DNA of 64,000 nucleotides from Aeromicrobium sp. (GCA_025965175.1 JAOPXL010000229.1:10-64009), one strand, 5' to 3'; shown: positions 21,767-32,055, numbered from the stretch's first letter. The notes: a model not told the origin generated them from the letters alone. Numbers and translations: made by a program.

Positions 21767-21984
21767 GGGGAAGCGACCGGGCTGCGCCAATGGTTCCGAC
21801 CTTCCTGCGTCATGGTACGAGTGTCGGGTCACCGCGCGCCGTGAAGCAAGAGTCACCAACCGGCGGCGTGCACGGCGCCAGGACCCGGCGGTGAGGCCGG
21901 ATCGCTGCCTCGAGGGAGGTGTGGGACGGGGACGACAAGGTCGTCTTGATCTTCGCCCGGATGGAGATCGAGCGCGCGTGTTCG

Positions 21985-22195
21985 CATCAGGGCGTCGGTC
22001 TACGAGTTCGCGGCCGAGGGTGCTGCGTCGCGGGCTGATGCTGGTCGGTCCGGCACCAGATGACCGGACCATCTTTGCAGCGACCGTCATCGCTCGCGGG
22101 ATGGGCATCGAGGCGGCCGCGGTGTCCTTGGGCCACGCCACTACATCGAGCCGGATCGGAGCCTCGATCCCAGCCCGATCGGCATCATGCTGTGT
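21985..22195 (+). pseudogene. Tyrosine recombinase/integrase C-terminal remnant
   Basis: Fragments EFAAE / LRRGLMLVGPAPDDRTIFA / ATVIARGMGIEAAAVSLGH / HYIEPDRSLDP separated by frameshifts and deletions. Confidence 0.6.
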
Positions 22196-22203
22196 CAAAA
22201 TAG

Positions 22204-22237
22204 TTGTAGTATAGTTCAAAAATGAACACCACTTCAA
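22204..22237. promoter_or_regulatory. AT-rich inverted repeat, putative operator over the nitrilase start
   Basis: TTGTAGTATAGTTCA-AAAA-TGAACACCACTTCAA; contains -10-like TATAGT. Confidence 0.5.
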
Positions 22238-23175
22238 TGACTAGGGTCGCGGCGGTCCAGATCAACGCTGATCTCGGCAACGTGGATTACAACCTCGAGG
22301 CGTGCGAGCGGCAGGTTGATCGTGCGGTCGCCGATGGTGCCGAGTGGATCACCCTGCCTGAGTTCTTCTCGACAGGTGTGGCCTACAAGACCGAACTGCG
22401 CCAACAAGCAGCACCTCTCAGCGGTGCGCCGGGCACCCTCTTGGCAAGCCTCGCCCGCCGCCACGGGGTCCACGTCGGCGGGTCTGCCCTCGTCCGCGAT
22501 GACGACGGCCATGTTCGTAACGCGTTTCTTCTCGCTGGGCCGGACGGCGAGCTCGTCGGACGGCACGACAAGGACCTCCCGACGATGTGGGAGAACGCGC
22601 TCTACATCGGTGGAACCGATCCCGGCAGGATCGAGACTGAGTCACTCACGGTGGGTGTCGCCTTGTGCTGGGAGCTCCTGCGTACGCAGACGGCCGATCG
22701 GCTTGCGAACCAGGTCGATCTCGTCCTCGGTGGGTCCGGATGGTGGAGCATCCCCCGATGGCCCTTCATGGCAGGCGCTGAGGCCCGGAACGCGCGCCGC
22801 GCGACGACGGCTCCCGCCGTTTTTGCGGAGTACGTCGGTGCGCCTGTTGTGCACGCAGCGCATGCCGGTGAATTCACTTGTGACTTCCCTGCCACCCCGT
22901 TCACCTATCGCGGCTATTGCGAAGGTGGAGCGCAGATCTGCGATGCCACCGGGAAGGTCCTGGCATTCCGCGGCCGGGACGAGGGAGACGGCGTGGTGGT
23001 CGCCGACGTTGAAGCCGGGCGGTCCCCCGGGCGACCCACCAGCGGTCAGTTCTGGCTGCAGCGACGAGGCCGAATTGCGGCGTTGGCGTGGGCCTACCAG
23101 AACGTCCACGGACGACGGGTCTACAACAGACTCACCGACCCTGCCGCAGCCCGGTCGGCAGTGGTGTCCGAATGA
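22222..23175 (+). CDS. Carbon-nitrogen hydrolase (nitrilase superfamily)
   Basis: Glu-Lys-Cys triad motifs LPEFF, HDKDLP, ALCWE; alternative start ATG 22237. Confidence 0.9.
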   Translation: MNTTSMTRVAAVQINADLGNVDYNLEACERQVDRAVADGAEWITLPEFFSTGVAYKTELRQQAAPLSGAPGTLLASLARRHGVHVGGSALVRDDDGHVRNAFLLAGPDGELVGRHDKDLPTMWENALYIGGTDPGRIETESLTVGVALCWELLRTQTADRLANQVDLVLGGSGWWSIPRWPFMAGAEARNARRATTAPAVFAEYVGAPVVHAAHAGEFTCDFPATPFTYRGYCEGGAQICDATGKVLAFRGRDEGDGVVVADVEAGRSPGRPTSGQFWLQRRGRIAALAWAYQNVHGRRVYNRLTDPAAARSAVVSE

Positions 23176-23456
23176 ACGCCACGGACGCTCGCGCCACAGA
23201 CACCGTTCGCATGATGCCGTCACGGTCTGTGGCCTCTGGTGTGGTCGAATTCGCGGCGGGCGCATAGTCCGGTCGGGTATTCGCCGCTGCTCGCTACGAC
23301 AGCGACGGTGCAGCGCGCGCTCGCGGCGGGCGCATGGACAAGCGCGATGATGTTGCTACCGCTGGCGTACTGGCCCGAGGCACTCCAGAACCCGACCTAC
23401 CGCAGTTGGGCCTTGCCTCGTTCAGTCCACCTCGGTGCGCTCCACCGGGATGGCGA

Positions 23457-24140
23457 TCACCGCCTTGGGGCGTCGGCGCGCAAGCCGTCGCTGACCAACG
23501 ATCGCCCGACCTCCAGGGTTCTTTGCAGCTCCGCGTTGTCGATCCGGAGGTGGTCCTCGCGCAGCGTCATTGCGATGACTCCGTTCCAGGAACCCCACAG
23601 GAAGCGCATCAGGCGGGTGGCATCGAGATCAGAGCGACCCTCGCCGGCCTCGATCGCTGCCCGCAGGTCGGCTTCGACCGCGTCAACGAGCTGTTGTGCC
23701 CGGTCGGCGATGCGTGCCTCGACCTCGCTCACACCCGAGGGAGGCCCGAGAGCGCGCAGCGCGATCATCTGGAAGGCACCCGGGTGTTCGAGGTGGAAGT
23801 TCAGGTAAGCATCGCCGGCCGCAAAGACACGCTCCAGAGGACTGCTCAGTCCGAGATCCCCGACCGCAGCCATCGCTGCCTCATTCAGGTCCAGAGCCCG
23901 CTCCACCAGAGCGAGGTACAGCCCCGCCTTGTTCTCGAAATGCACGTAGACAGAACCAACTGAGACGTCAGCTCTTTCAGCGATGTCATCGATCGTCGTC
24001 TCTTGGTATCCGCCCTGTCGAAACAAGAGTTCCGCGGCATCGAGGATTGCCCCGGCCGTTTTGGCCTTTCTGCGCTCAGACCGCGACATCGGGGTCGCAG
24101 GAGAAGGTGGCATACGTGTAACCGTATCTGCTTTGCGCAT
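23457..24140 (-). CDS. TetR family regulator
   Basis: GYQETTIDDIAERADVSVGSVYVHFENKAGLY; start uncertain. Confidence 0.9.
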   Translation of the reverse strand: MRKADTVTRMPPSPATPMSRSERRKAKTAGAILDAAELLFRQGGYQETTIDDIAERADVSVGSVYVHFENKAGLYLALVERALDLNEAAMAAVGDLGLSSPLERVFAAGDAYLNFHLEHPGAFQMIALRALGPPSGVSEVEARIADRAQQLVDAVEADLRAAIEAGEGRSDLDATRLMRFLWGSWNGVIAMTLREDHLRIDNAELQRTLEVGRSLVSDGLRADAPRR

Positions 24141-24882
24141 CGTCGTAGCGACGGCGCAAACGACGCCAGGCCCAAGCCGGACCGCTGACCGCCGGGGTTT
24201 CGTTCGCGGACCGGACGGCTGATGAGGTCAGCCATTGCTGGCCCCGCCGACGGGCATCTCCGCGCAACGGTCTGGAGGTCCCCAAGGCCCCACCATCGCT
24301 CGGCGTCGACGCAAAGGGCTCACGATGCGCTCGGTGAATCGAACGCGGCTCGCTCAGGACCTGTGCTCAGGTCGTGCGCGGCTGTCCTGTCATTCGGATA
24401 TGTGCAGAGTCTGCCGCTGGAATTCGAGCTCAGGCATCTTCTGTCCGTGCGATTGACCATCGGGCACTGCGCGTACGGCGCGGACGTGGATCTGCGGGTC
24501 CCCCGATGAAGAACTGCTGTCACGTCAACCGGTGTGATCTTCGGGCCCGCTCGATCCTTTCACGGCCCCGCAGGGCTCGCGACGCCGTGCAGTGGGCGCG
24601 GGTGAGGACAGTCGGCCGAATGTCTTCGTGACGAACGTGACCCCGTGGATCTCGTACGAGTGGCCGGCCGATGGCGTCGACCCCTTCGAACGGGCGTCGC
24701 CAGAACCGTTGTGGCGTGTGACCTGGCTGGTCGGCCGCCGGATCGCGATCGAGAACTGGCACTGAGGGCCGGCACCGTCAGCACCGTCAATTCTCGGGGA
24801 GCTCGGCGACCATGCGAGAGTCCCGCTGCCCCTGTAGCTTCACGGGTATCGAAGTTCTCCTCCACCCGAAGGGCCACGTGCC

Positions 24883-25731
24883 ATGAAGATCACCGTCCTC
24901 GGCCTCGGCCGGATGGGCCGGGAACTCGTGAACCACCTCATCGACGCCGGCCACGACGTCACCGTGTGGAACCGCTCTCCCGTGGCCTGCCTCCCGGCGG
25001 TCGGGCGCGGCGCACGTCAGTCATTGTCGGCAGCCGACGCCGTCGACGGCGCCGAAGTCGTCGTCTCCGTGCTTTTCGGGCCCGAGACCGTCCGCGAGAT
25101 CGTTCTCGATGGAGTGGATACGTTCGCCCCCGGCGCCCTGTGGGTGGACGTCACGACGGTCGGACCCACCGAGGCCCGTGACCAGGCCGCGTGGGCGCGC
25201 GAGCGGCAGATCCGCTACGTGCAGTCGCCCGTGCTCGGCACCTTGGCTCCCGCCCGGGCCGGCGCGCTCGGCGTGCTTCTCGGCGGAGAGCCGCGCGACA
25301 TCGCCGCAGCCCGCCAGATCACCGACCTGTGGGCAGAGTCCGGACGGATCTTCGAGCTCGAGACGGCCGAGCAAGCCGCCGCCGGCAAGCTCGCGGTCAA
25401 CCTGGGGCTCGCGGTGTCGATGCAGGGCCTCACCGAAGCGATCCGCGTCGCCAGCTCGGCCGGCCTGGCCACCAGCGACCTCCTCGAGATCGTCGTCAAG
25501 ACCCCACTGGCCGGCATCGCGGCTGCCAAGGGCGAGACGGTCCTGTCCGGCGACTACGGTGCCGCGCAATTCACTGTGGACGCACTGGCCAAGGACATCG
25601 GCCTGATGCTCGACGCCATTCAGCCGCTGCCTGCCGCCGAGACGGTGCAAGCCCGGCTGTTGGCGGCTCAGGATGCGGGCTTGGGCGACAGCGACTTCTC
25701 GGTCATCGCGCAGGCTCGGCCAAGCGCCTGA
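24883..25731 (+). CDS. NAD(P)-dependent beta-hydroxyacid dehydrogenase family protein
   Basis: LGLGRMG, VWNRS, SPVLG, KLAVN, AKDIGL. Confidence 0.85.
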   Translation: MKITVLGLGRMGRELVNHLIDAGHDVTVWNRSPVACLPAVGRGARQSLSAADAVDGAEVVVSVLFGPETVREIVLDGVDTFAPGALWVDVTTVGPTEARDQAAWARERQIRYVQSPVLGTLAPARAGALGVLLGGEPRDIAAARQITDLWAESGRIFELETAEQAAAGKLAVNLGLAVSMQGLTEAIRVASSAGLATSDLLEIVVKTPLAGIAAAKGETVLSGDYGAAQFTVDALAKDIGLMLDAIQPLPAAETVQARLLAAQDAGLGDSDFSVIAQARPSA

Positions 25732-25922
25732 GCGAAGACGTCGGGCCACTGGCGTGACACCTACCGCACGGCGAGTACAAGGCGGCACCGACCCCTGAGG
25801 GCTGATGCTGGCGCACCACCGCGGCATGCATGCCAGGGCTGCTCCGTCGGCGATCGACTCACCCGGAGCGGATGAGCCGCGGCACGCCCTCCCGTTGTGT
25901 ACTCGTACCGAGGTGAGTTGTC

Positions 25923-26765
25923 ATGTGTCGTTGGCTCGCGTATTCAGGTTCCCCGGTGCAGCTGCATGATCTGCTCTTCAAGCCCGAGAACTCGCTCGTG
26001 GTGCAGAGCAGGCACTCCCGGCTGGGGGTGGAGGCCGTCAACGGGGACGGTTTCGGGCTCGGCTGGTACGGCGCGCTGGGGACGCCGGGTATCTACCGCA
26101 GTACCGAGCCCGCGTGGAACGACCGCAACCTGCTGGAGATCTCGTCCCAGGCTGTCGCGGACCGGGTCTTCGCGCACATCCGCGCGTCGACGGGCACGCC
26201 GATCCAGCAGACCAACTGTCATCCGTTCCGTCACGGCCGATGGCTCTGGATGCACAACGGAGCGATCGCGGACTTCCACTCGGTCAAGCGGGACCTGGCC
26301 ATGGCCGTCCTGCCGTCCCTCTATCCGGAGATCGAGGGGTCGACCGACTCCGAGATCTTCTTCCTCCTCGCGCTGACCTTCGGGCTCGAGCAGGATCCCC
26401 CACGAGCGGTGGCGCAGGCGGTCGGTCTCATCGAGGAGATCGGGCGACGCCACGGCGTGGAGCACCCGATCCAGATGACCGTGGCCACGACCGACGGCGA
26501 GACCACTTGGGCCTTCCGGTACTCCTCGGAGGGCAAGTCCCGGTCGCTGTTCCACAGCGTCGACGTCTCGACGTTGCGCGAGCAGTACCCGGACAACGTT
26601 CTCGTCCACAAGTTGACCCAGGACGCCCGGCTCATCGTGTCCGAACCATTGGGCAGCCTTGTCGGCGCGTGGGAAGAGGTGCCGGAGTCCACCAGCCTGG
26701 TCATACACGGCGGTCGCCTGACGGTGCACGACTTCTCACCCTCGCGCGCGCGGGCGATGGCCTGA
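25923..26765 (+). CDS. Class II glutamine amidotransferase (EgtC/YafJ-like)
   Basis: N-terminal MCRW, NGDGFGLGWY, AHIRAST, NCHPF, HNG, GSTDSE. Confidence 0.9.
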   Translation: MCRWLAYSGSPVQLHDLLFKPENSLVVQSRHSRLGVEAVNGDGFGLGWYGALGTPGIYRSTEPAWNDRNLLEISSQAVADRVFAHIRASTGTPIQQTNCHPFRHGRWLWMHNGAIADFHSVKRDLAMAVLPSLYPEIEGSTDSEIFFLLALTFGLEQDPPRAVAQAVGLIEEIGRRHGVEHPIQMTVATTDGETTWAFRYSSEGKSRSLFHSVDVSTLREQYPDNVLVHKLTQDARLIVSEPLGSLVGAWEEVPESTSLVIHGGRLTVHDFSPSRARAMA

Positions 26766-26796
26766 ACGCATCCCGATCGCAGGTCAGTGCGGCAGG

Positions 26797-27303
26797 TCAG
26801 TGCAGCAGCGTCTTGGCGAGCACCATCAGCAGTCCCAGCACACTGGCGCCGAGCGCCTCGACCGCGGCCGTGCCCCTGTCGTGCCCCGCGTGGCGGGCAC
26901 CGACGTAGCCGACGGCGGCCAACAGGGCGACGCTGAAGTAGAGCGCCAGCTTCGCGGCGTCGTACGCGTCGGCGTCCGTCGCGGCGACGAGGACGAAGAC
27001 GACCATCGTCGGAATGCCCCCGAGCAGGACAGCGACCTCCGCCCGGGCCGCGTCGACGGCGCGGTGGGGGAGACGGCGCATGTCCCCGTGGAACTGGCTC
27101 TCGGCCGCGTGCACGTAGACGTGTGCCAGCCAGTAGATCACCAGCACGAAGCCCCATGAGGCGACGACCTTGCCCACGTCCGCGCCGTGACCACCTGCCG
27201 TGACCAGCACGGCTGCCGTCACGATCGCGCCGTACAGCAGGTCCGCGGGGTGTGCCCCCTGGAGCCACGAGCCCGCGCTGCGGGATGCGGATGTCCTGTC
27301 CAC
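26797..27303 (-). CDS. Hypothetical membrane protein (about 5 TM)
   Basis: Hydrophobic helices, YGAIV...YWLAHVY, GC-biased codon use. Confidence 0.7.
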   Translation of the reverse strand: MDRTSASRSAGSWLQGAHPADLLYGAIVTAAVLVTAGGHGADVGKVVASWGFVLVIYWLAHVYVHAAESQFHGDMRRLPHRAVDAARAEVAVLLGGIPTMVVFVLVAATDADAYDAAKLALYFSVALLAAVGYVGARHAGHDRGTAAVEALGASVLGLLMVLAKTLLH

Positions 27304-27415
27304 GTCCCCACGCTAGCGAGATCAGGCCCGGCCCGCTGCAACGTCATCAGAATCGAGGGTTCCCGACCTCACTTTCGATGACGTCACGGAACCGCTCGTC
27401 GGGCATGGTGGCTGG

Positions 27416-28988
27416 GTGCCCTCCGAGAGCGTCGCGTCCTGGTTCCTCACCACAGCCGAACGGGGCAACCCGCGTACGCTCCTCGATGCCCGGCATCCGG
27501 ACGGCCAGGCGTGGTCGACCGGCAACCGGGTCCGGCCCCTCGTGCACGGCGTGACGTACTTCGCCGAGCTGTTCGAGCGGATCGAGGCCACCCGCGAGGG
27601 CGACCTGATCTACTTCACGGACTGGCAGGGCGACGCCGACGAACGACTCACCGGCATGCCCGGCAGCGAGGTGGCCGAGGTCCTCGGGCGCGCGGACGAA
27701 CGCGGCGTCGACGTGCGAGGACTCGTGTGGCGCTCGCACTCCGAGGCGCTGGGCTTCGCCTCGGGTGAGAACCGTCGGCTCGGCAAGGAGCTGCAGGATC
27801 GCGGCGCCGAGGCGCTGCTCGACATGCGGGTACGGATGGGCGGGTCGCACCACCAGAAGATGATCGTCATCCGCCACCGCGACGACCCCACGCGCGACAT
27901 CGCGTACGTCGGCGGGATCGACCTGTGTCACTCGCGCCGCGACGACGCCGACCACGCGGGAGACCCGCAGGCCCTCGAGCTCGCCGACGAGTACGGCCCG
28001 ACCCCGCCGTGGCACGACATCCAGGCCGCGATCTCGGGGCCGGCGGTCCACGACGTCGAGACGGTGTTCCGTGAGCGCTGGGAGGACCCGACGCCGCTCA
28101 GCCGTAGCCCGATCAACGTGTTGGCGGATCGTCTGCGCCGGCTCGATCGCAGCCCGGACCGGCTGCCCGACCAGCAGGCGGCACCGCCCGCGGTCGACGG
28201 GGGCACGCACGCCGTCCAGCTGCTGCGCACGTACCCCGACCTGCGGCTCGGACGCGACTACGCCTTCGCGAACGGTGGCGAACGCAGTATCGCTCGGGGC
28301 TACAGCAAGGCGATCGCGCAAGCGCGGCACCTGGTCTACGTCGAGGACCAGTACCTCTGGGGCACGCGCATCGGCGACGTGTTCACGCGGGCGTTGCGCG
28401 ACAACGAGGACCTCCACCTGATCGTGGTGGTGCCGATCCACCCGGACAAGGCGGGGTTCAACCGCACGGCCCAACTGCTCGGACGGCGTCGGGCGATGCG
28501 GGAGATGCTGAAGGTCGCGCCGGACCGGGTCGCCGTCTATGGCATCGAGAACCACGCGGGAACCCCTGTCTACGTCCACGCCAAGACCTGCATCATCGAC
28601 GGCACGTGGGCGACGATCGGCTCGGACAACTTCAACCGCCGCTCGTGGACCCATGACTCCGAGCTCTCGGCGGCGGTCGTCGACCTCGCGGGCGGCGGAG
28701 CGTACGCCCGCGACCTCCGGCTGACCCTCGCCGCCGAGCACCTGGACCGCGCGGACGTCCGGGACTGCGCCGATCCGACCACGATGTTCGCCGCCTACGC
28801 CAGCACGGCCGAGGCCCTGGACCGCTGGCACGCCGGCGGCCGGGGGCGACCGGCCGGACGGTCGGCTGCGGCGTCTCGACCCGCCGAGGCTGGGCCTGAC
28901 GATGCGGGTGTTGGCCGCGATCCCGTACCGAATCGTGCACGACCCGGACGGCCGTCCGCGGACGATCCGCGGCACCGACCGGTTCTGA
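27416..28988 (+). CDS. Phospholipase D-like protein with an apparent frameshift near the 3' end
   Basis: HKD-type motifs SHHQKMIVI and YVHAKTCIIDG...GSDN; a homolog-like tail GRLRRLDPP...VHDPDGRP lies in another frame after the G-run at 28842-28846. Confidence 0.85.
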
Positions 28989-28998
28989 CCTCGCGGGG

Positions 28999-30075
28999 TC
29001 AGGGGATGATGCGGGCCTCGCGGTAGCGGGCGACGTGGTGGAAGAAGCTGTCCCTGGAGTCGCGGAACCCGAGGAAGCCTGCACGACGGCTCTTGTTCAT
29101 GTCGGTGAGGCTCTCGACCGTGCGACCCAGATCGCCGTCGGTGTGCCACCACGACGCGACGCGGGAGACGGCCGGCTCGACCAGCTGGTGCTTCGCGGCA
29201 ATGTCCCGCCAGACCGCGGCCATGCCGTCCATGCTCTGTTCGAGCGGTCGGGGTGCGCCCTCGAAGCCCTCCCAGGGGACGTCGAAGTGCTCCGCGATCC
29301 GGGGCCACAGCGAGCGCCACCGGAACACGTCCCCGTTGGCGATGTTGAAGGCCTGGTCGCGTCCGGCGTCGTGGGTGCCGGCCCAGATGATCTGCTCGGC
29401 CAGCAGGTCGGCGTCCGTGACGTCGGTCAGCCCGTTCCACTGCAGCTCCGACCCCGGGAAGACGAACGCGAGCCCCAGCTCCTTGCAGATCGTCGCGTAC
29501 GCCGAGATGGTCAGGACCATGTTCATCGCATTCCCGGTGGCGAAGCCGAACACGGTGTGCGAGCGGTGCACGCTCCACGTGAACGCATTGCGGCGCGCCG
29601 ACGCGAACAGCTCGTCCTCCTGCGCGTAGTAGAAGTTCGGGTGGTCGAGACGAGGCGCCTCCTCCCGGAACGGCGTGTCCGGCATGTTCCCGGTGCCGTA
29701 CGCCTCGAAAGGGCCGAGATAGTGCTTGAGCCCGGTCATGAGGGCCACGTGCTGGACCGATCCCGCGGGCTCGAGCGCCGCGAGCAGGTGGCGAACCGCG
29801 GCGCCGTTGACGGCGATGTTCTCCTGCTCCGTGGCCTGGCGCGTCCACGCCGTGATCGCCACGAGCTCGGGCGCCACGCCGGCCAGCGCATCGGCCAGGC
29901 CGTCCGGATCGGCGAGGTCCGCCACGACCGGGGTGACCCCTGAAGCGGCCAGGCCGCTTCGTGACAGGCCGAAGGTCGTCCAGCCGCCCGCCGCGAGCTG
30001 GGAGCTCAGCGTCTGGCCGATGATGCCGGTTGCGCCGACCACGAGGGCGCGGCCGGGGGCGGGCGTGGAGCGCAT
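28999..30075 (-). CDS. SDR of the PRISE (progesterone 5-beta-reductase-like) type
   Basis: GATGIIG, TGLKHYLGPF, NFYYAQED, TWSVHR, FNIANGDVFRW, DMNKSR. Confidence 0.88.
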   Translation of the reverse strand: MRSTPAPGRALVVGATGIIGQTLSSQLAAGGWTTFGLSRSGLAASGVTPVVADLADPDGLADALAGVAPELVAITAWTRQATEQENIAVNGAAVRHLLAALEPAGSVQHVALMTGLKHYLGPFEAYGTGNMPDTPFREEAPRLDHPNFYYAQEDELFASARRNAFTWSVHRSHTVFGFATGNAMNMVLTISAYATICKELGLAFVFPGSELQWNGLTDVTDADLLAEQIIWAGTHDAGRDQAFNIANGDVFRWRSLWPRIAEHFDVPWEGFEGAPRPLEQSMDGMAAVWRDIAAKHQLVEPAVSRVASWWHTDGDLGRTVESLTDMNKSRRAGFLGFRDSRDSFFHHVARYREARIIP

Positions 30076-30113
30076 GAGTGTCCTTCTGCTGGAATATCTC
30101 GTACGACGTGAGA

Positions 30114-30767
30114 TCAGTCTTGCTGACGCTCCCGCTTCTTGGCCTCGGTCAGGTCGTCGAGGACCTCGGCGTCGGCGCGCGCTTTCGCGGCGGCCTCCTT
30201 GGCCTGGCGCGCGTCGTCGAGCTCGGCCTTGGCCTCCTGCCGGGCGGCCTTCTTCTTCGCCTCGGCCGCAGCGGCCACCCGCTTCTTGCGCTGCTCGACG
30301 GTCTCGGTGCGCTTGGCCGCAGCCTCGTCGGCGGCGGCCTTCCTCGTCGCAGCGGTCTGGGCAGCGTTTCGTGCGGCCCGCTGCTTGCCCTGCTCCTCGG
30401 CCCGCTTGGCCTCGCTGAGGCCGTCGGATGCTCGCTTTGCCGCGGCCTGGCGCTTGGCGCTGGCCTCCTGGCGACCGGAAGCGGCGACGTCACGGGCCGC
30501 CTCGCGGCGGGCGCCGGCGCGGTCCTCGAGGCGCGCGGCCTTGACGAGGGCGTCGGCGCGCTCGACCCGGGCGACACCGCGGTCCGTGATCTCGTCGTTG
30601 CGCAGGATGGCTCCAGCGAGCTTGTCAGCCGAGCCGATGGCGCGGTCGAGGGTCGTGCGAGAGACGGACGTGTCGGGCAGTCGGCGGGACAGCCCGTGGT
30701 CAAGTGTCGTGAGGGGGAGTCGGGCCAGCTCGTAGGGAAGGGCGATGAGGGTGCTGATCATGGTCAT
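30114..30767 (-). CDS. Ala/Lys/Arg-rich coiled-coil hypothetical protein
   Basis: YELARLPL N-terminus and low-complexity helical body; ATGA-coupled to the upstream gene. Confidence 0.7.
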   Translation of the reverse strand: MTMISTLIALPYELARLPLTTLDHGLSRRLPDTSVSRTTLDRAIGSADKLAGAILRNDEITDRGVARVERADALVKAARLEDRAGARREAARDVAASGRQEASAKRQAAAKRASDGLSEAKRAEEQGKQRAARNAAQTAATRKAAADEAAAKRTETVEQRKKRVAAAAEAKKKAARQEAKAELDDARQAKEAAAKARADAEVLDDLTEAKKRERQQD

Positions 30768-31309
30768 CCTTTGCTGTCGGTCTGGGCGCGGAGCCGGGCG
30801 GCCTGCTCCTCGGCGGCAGTGGCCTCGCGCTCGAGGCGTGCCTGGTCGGCGGCGGCCTGCCGCTCGGTCGAGTCGGCGTCGGCCGCGAGGGCTTCGGCGT
30901 CGTCGAGCCTGGACTCGGCCAGGTCGTCGGCTCGCTGCTGGGCAGCCTGACGCTCGACGGCCTCCTGCTGCGTCGCCGCACGTTCGGCCTCGGCGTGCTC
31001 CTCGGACCGCTGACTGTCCACGGCGCGCTGGGCGAGGTCGGCCTTGTCGTGCGCGGCCTCCTTCTCGGCGGCGGCCTCGTGGGTCGTCTCGCGGAGCTCG
31101 TCCGCGGCCTCTCGGCGCTTGGCGTCGGCGAGGGCCTCGTCGGCGACAGCGGCCTTGCGATGCTTGGCCTCGGCCTGCTGCAGCTGTCCCTCCTCAGTGA
31201 GGTCGTCGTTGCCCGTCACGGCGCCGGCAACCTCCTTGGCCTTGCCCGCGACGCTGTCCAGAAGTCCCTCGCGGGCTCCTGCTGCTGTGTCTGCTTCGTC
31301 ATGGCTCAT
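30764..31309 (-). CDS. CsbD-like stress protein with an extended Ala/Glu-rich coiled coil
   Basis: DSVAGKAKEVAGAVTGNDDLTEEGQLQQ CsbD-like motif; start MSHDE at 31309. Confidence 0.75.
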   Translation of the reverse strand: MSHDEADTAAGAREGLLDSVAGKAKEVAGAVTGNDDLTEEGQLQQAEAKHRKAAVADEALADAKRREAADELRETTHEAAAEKEAAHDKADLAQRAVDSQRSEEHAEAERAATQQEAVERQAAQQRADDLAESRLDDAEALAADADSTERQAAADQARLEREATAAEEQAARLRAQTDSKG

Positions 31310-31436
31310 GGTGAAGAGGTGCCCGACCCGCAGGACCTGACACGTGCCGACGCACGTGACCTCGACCTCATACCCGATTGGGACAAATCCGGGAACAAAG
31401 CGGTTGAGGTGGTGGCAGCGCGGTACTACATGACCT

Positions 31437-31952
31437 ATGAGCAATCTCGGAAACACGCCCAACCATGACCGAAGCACCCACAACCACGGACCGCGCCGCG
31501 CGGACCCGAAGGGCGCCTACATCACTGCCGGGGGTGTCCTGCTCTTCGTCATCGCGACCTTCCTGGCGTGGATCGCCACCGACGACAAGAGCTTCAGCGG
31601 CTACGAGGCCGACACGGTGATCCCGTTCACCGCCTACCTCGGTATCGGCTTCGCCGCCGCGCTTCTGTATGCCGCCAAGCGCGCCACCCGCCGTCAGCAC
31701 CGGGGACTCTCGCTGTCCTCGATGGCTGCAGGCGTTGCCGCCACGGGGCTGTCGCTGTCCTACCTGTTCGAGGTTCCCGGTGGCGCTGAGCGCAAGGCCG
31801 GCTTCGACACCGAGATCGGTGTGTACGTCGGACTGATTGGCGCCCTGGTCTGGACTATCGGTTCCTACCTGCTCGCCACCGAGCCCGAGGGCGATCTTGA
31901 GCACGACGACCACCACACGGACCGAGCCGCCGGCACGAACACCGGTATCTGA
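31437..31952 (+). CDS. Hypothetical membrane protein (4 TM)
   Basis: Four hydrophobic segments, GC-biased codon use. Confidence 0.7.
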   Translation: MSNLGNTPNHDRSTHNHGPRRADPKGAYITAGGVLLFVIATFLAWIATDDKSFSGYEADTVIPFTAYLGIGFAAALLYAAKRATRRQHRGLSLSSMAAGVAATGLSLSYLFEVPGGAERKAGFDTEIGVYVGLIGALVWTIGSYLLATEPEGDLEHDDHHTDRAAGTNTGI

Positions 31953-32055
31953 GTCCCGTCACACTTCCAGTTCGGCGCTCGTCCCGGTGGGGCGGGCGCC
32001 GTCCTGGGTTCGTGGAGAACAATCCTTCGAAAGAACCACCCGGAAGCAGCAACTG

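Noticed and set aside
21767-22237. N-terminal 157 aa of the 514-aa minus-strand ORF
   Set aside because: Arg/Pro-rich and non-protein-like; it overlaps the plus-strand integrase relic and the nitrilase promoter.
24150-24880. Several short ORFs in a 700-bp gap
   Set aside because: No recognisable motifs or consistent codon bias; probably decayed or non-coding DNA.
30114-30767. Resemblance to IF2 or TolA low-complexity regions
   Set aside because: Compositional similarity only; there is no GTPase domain or membrane anchor.
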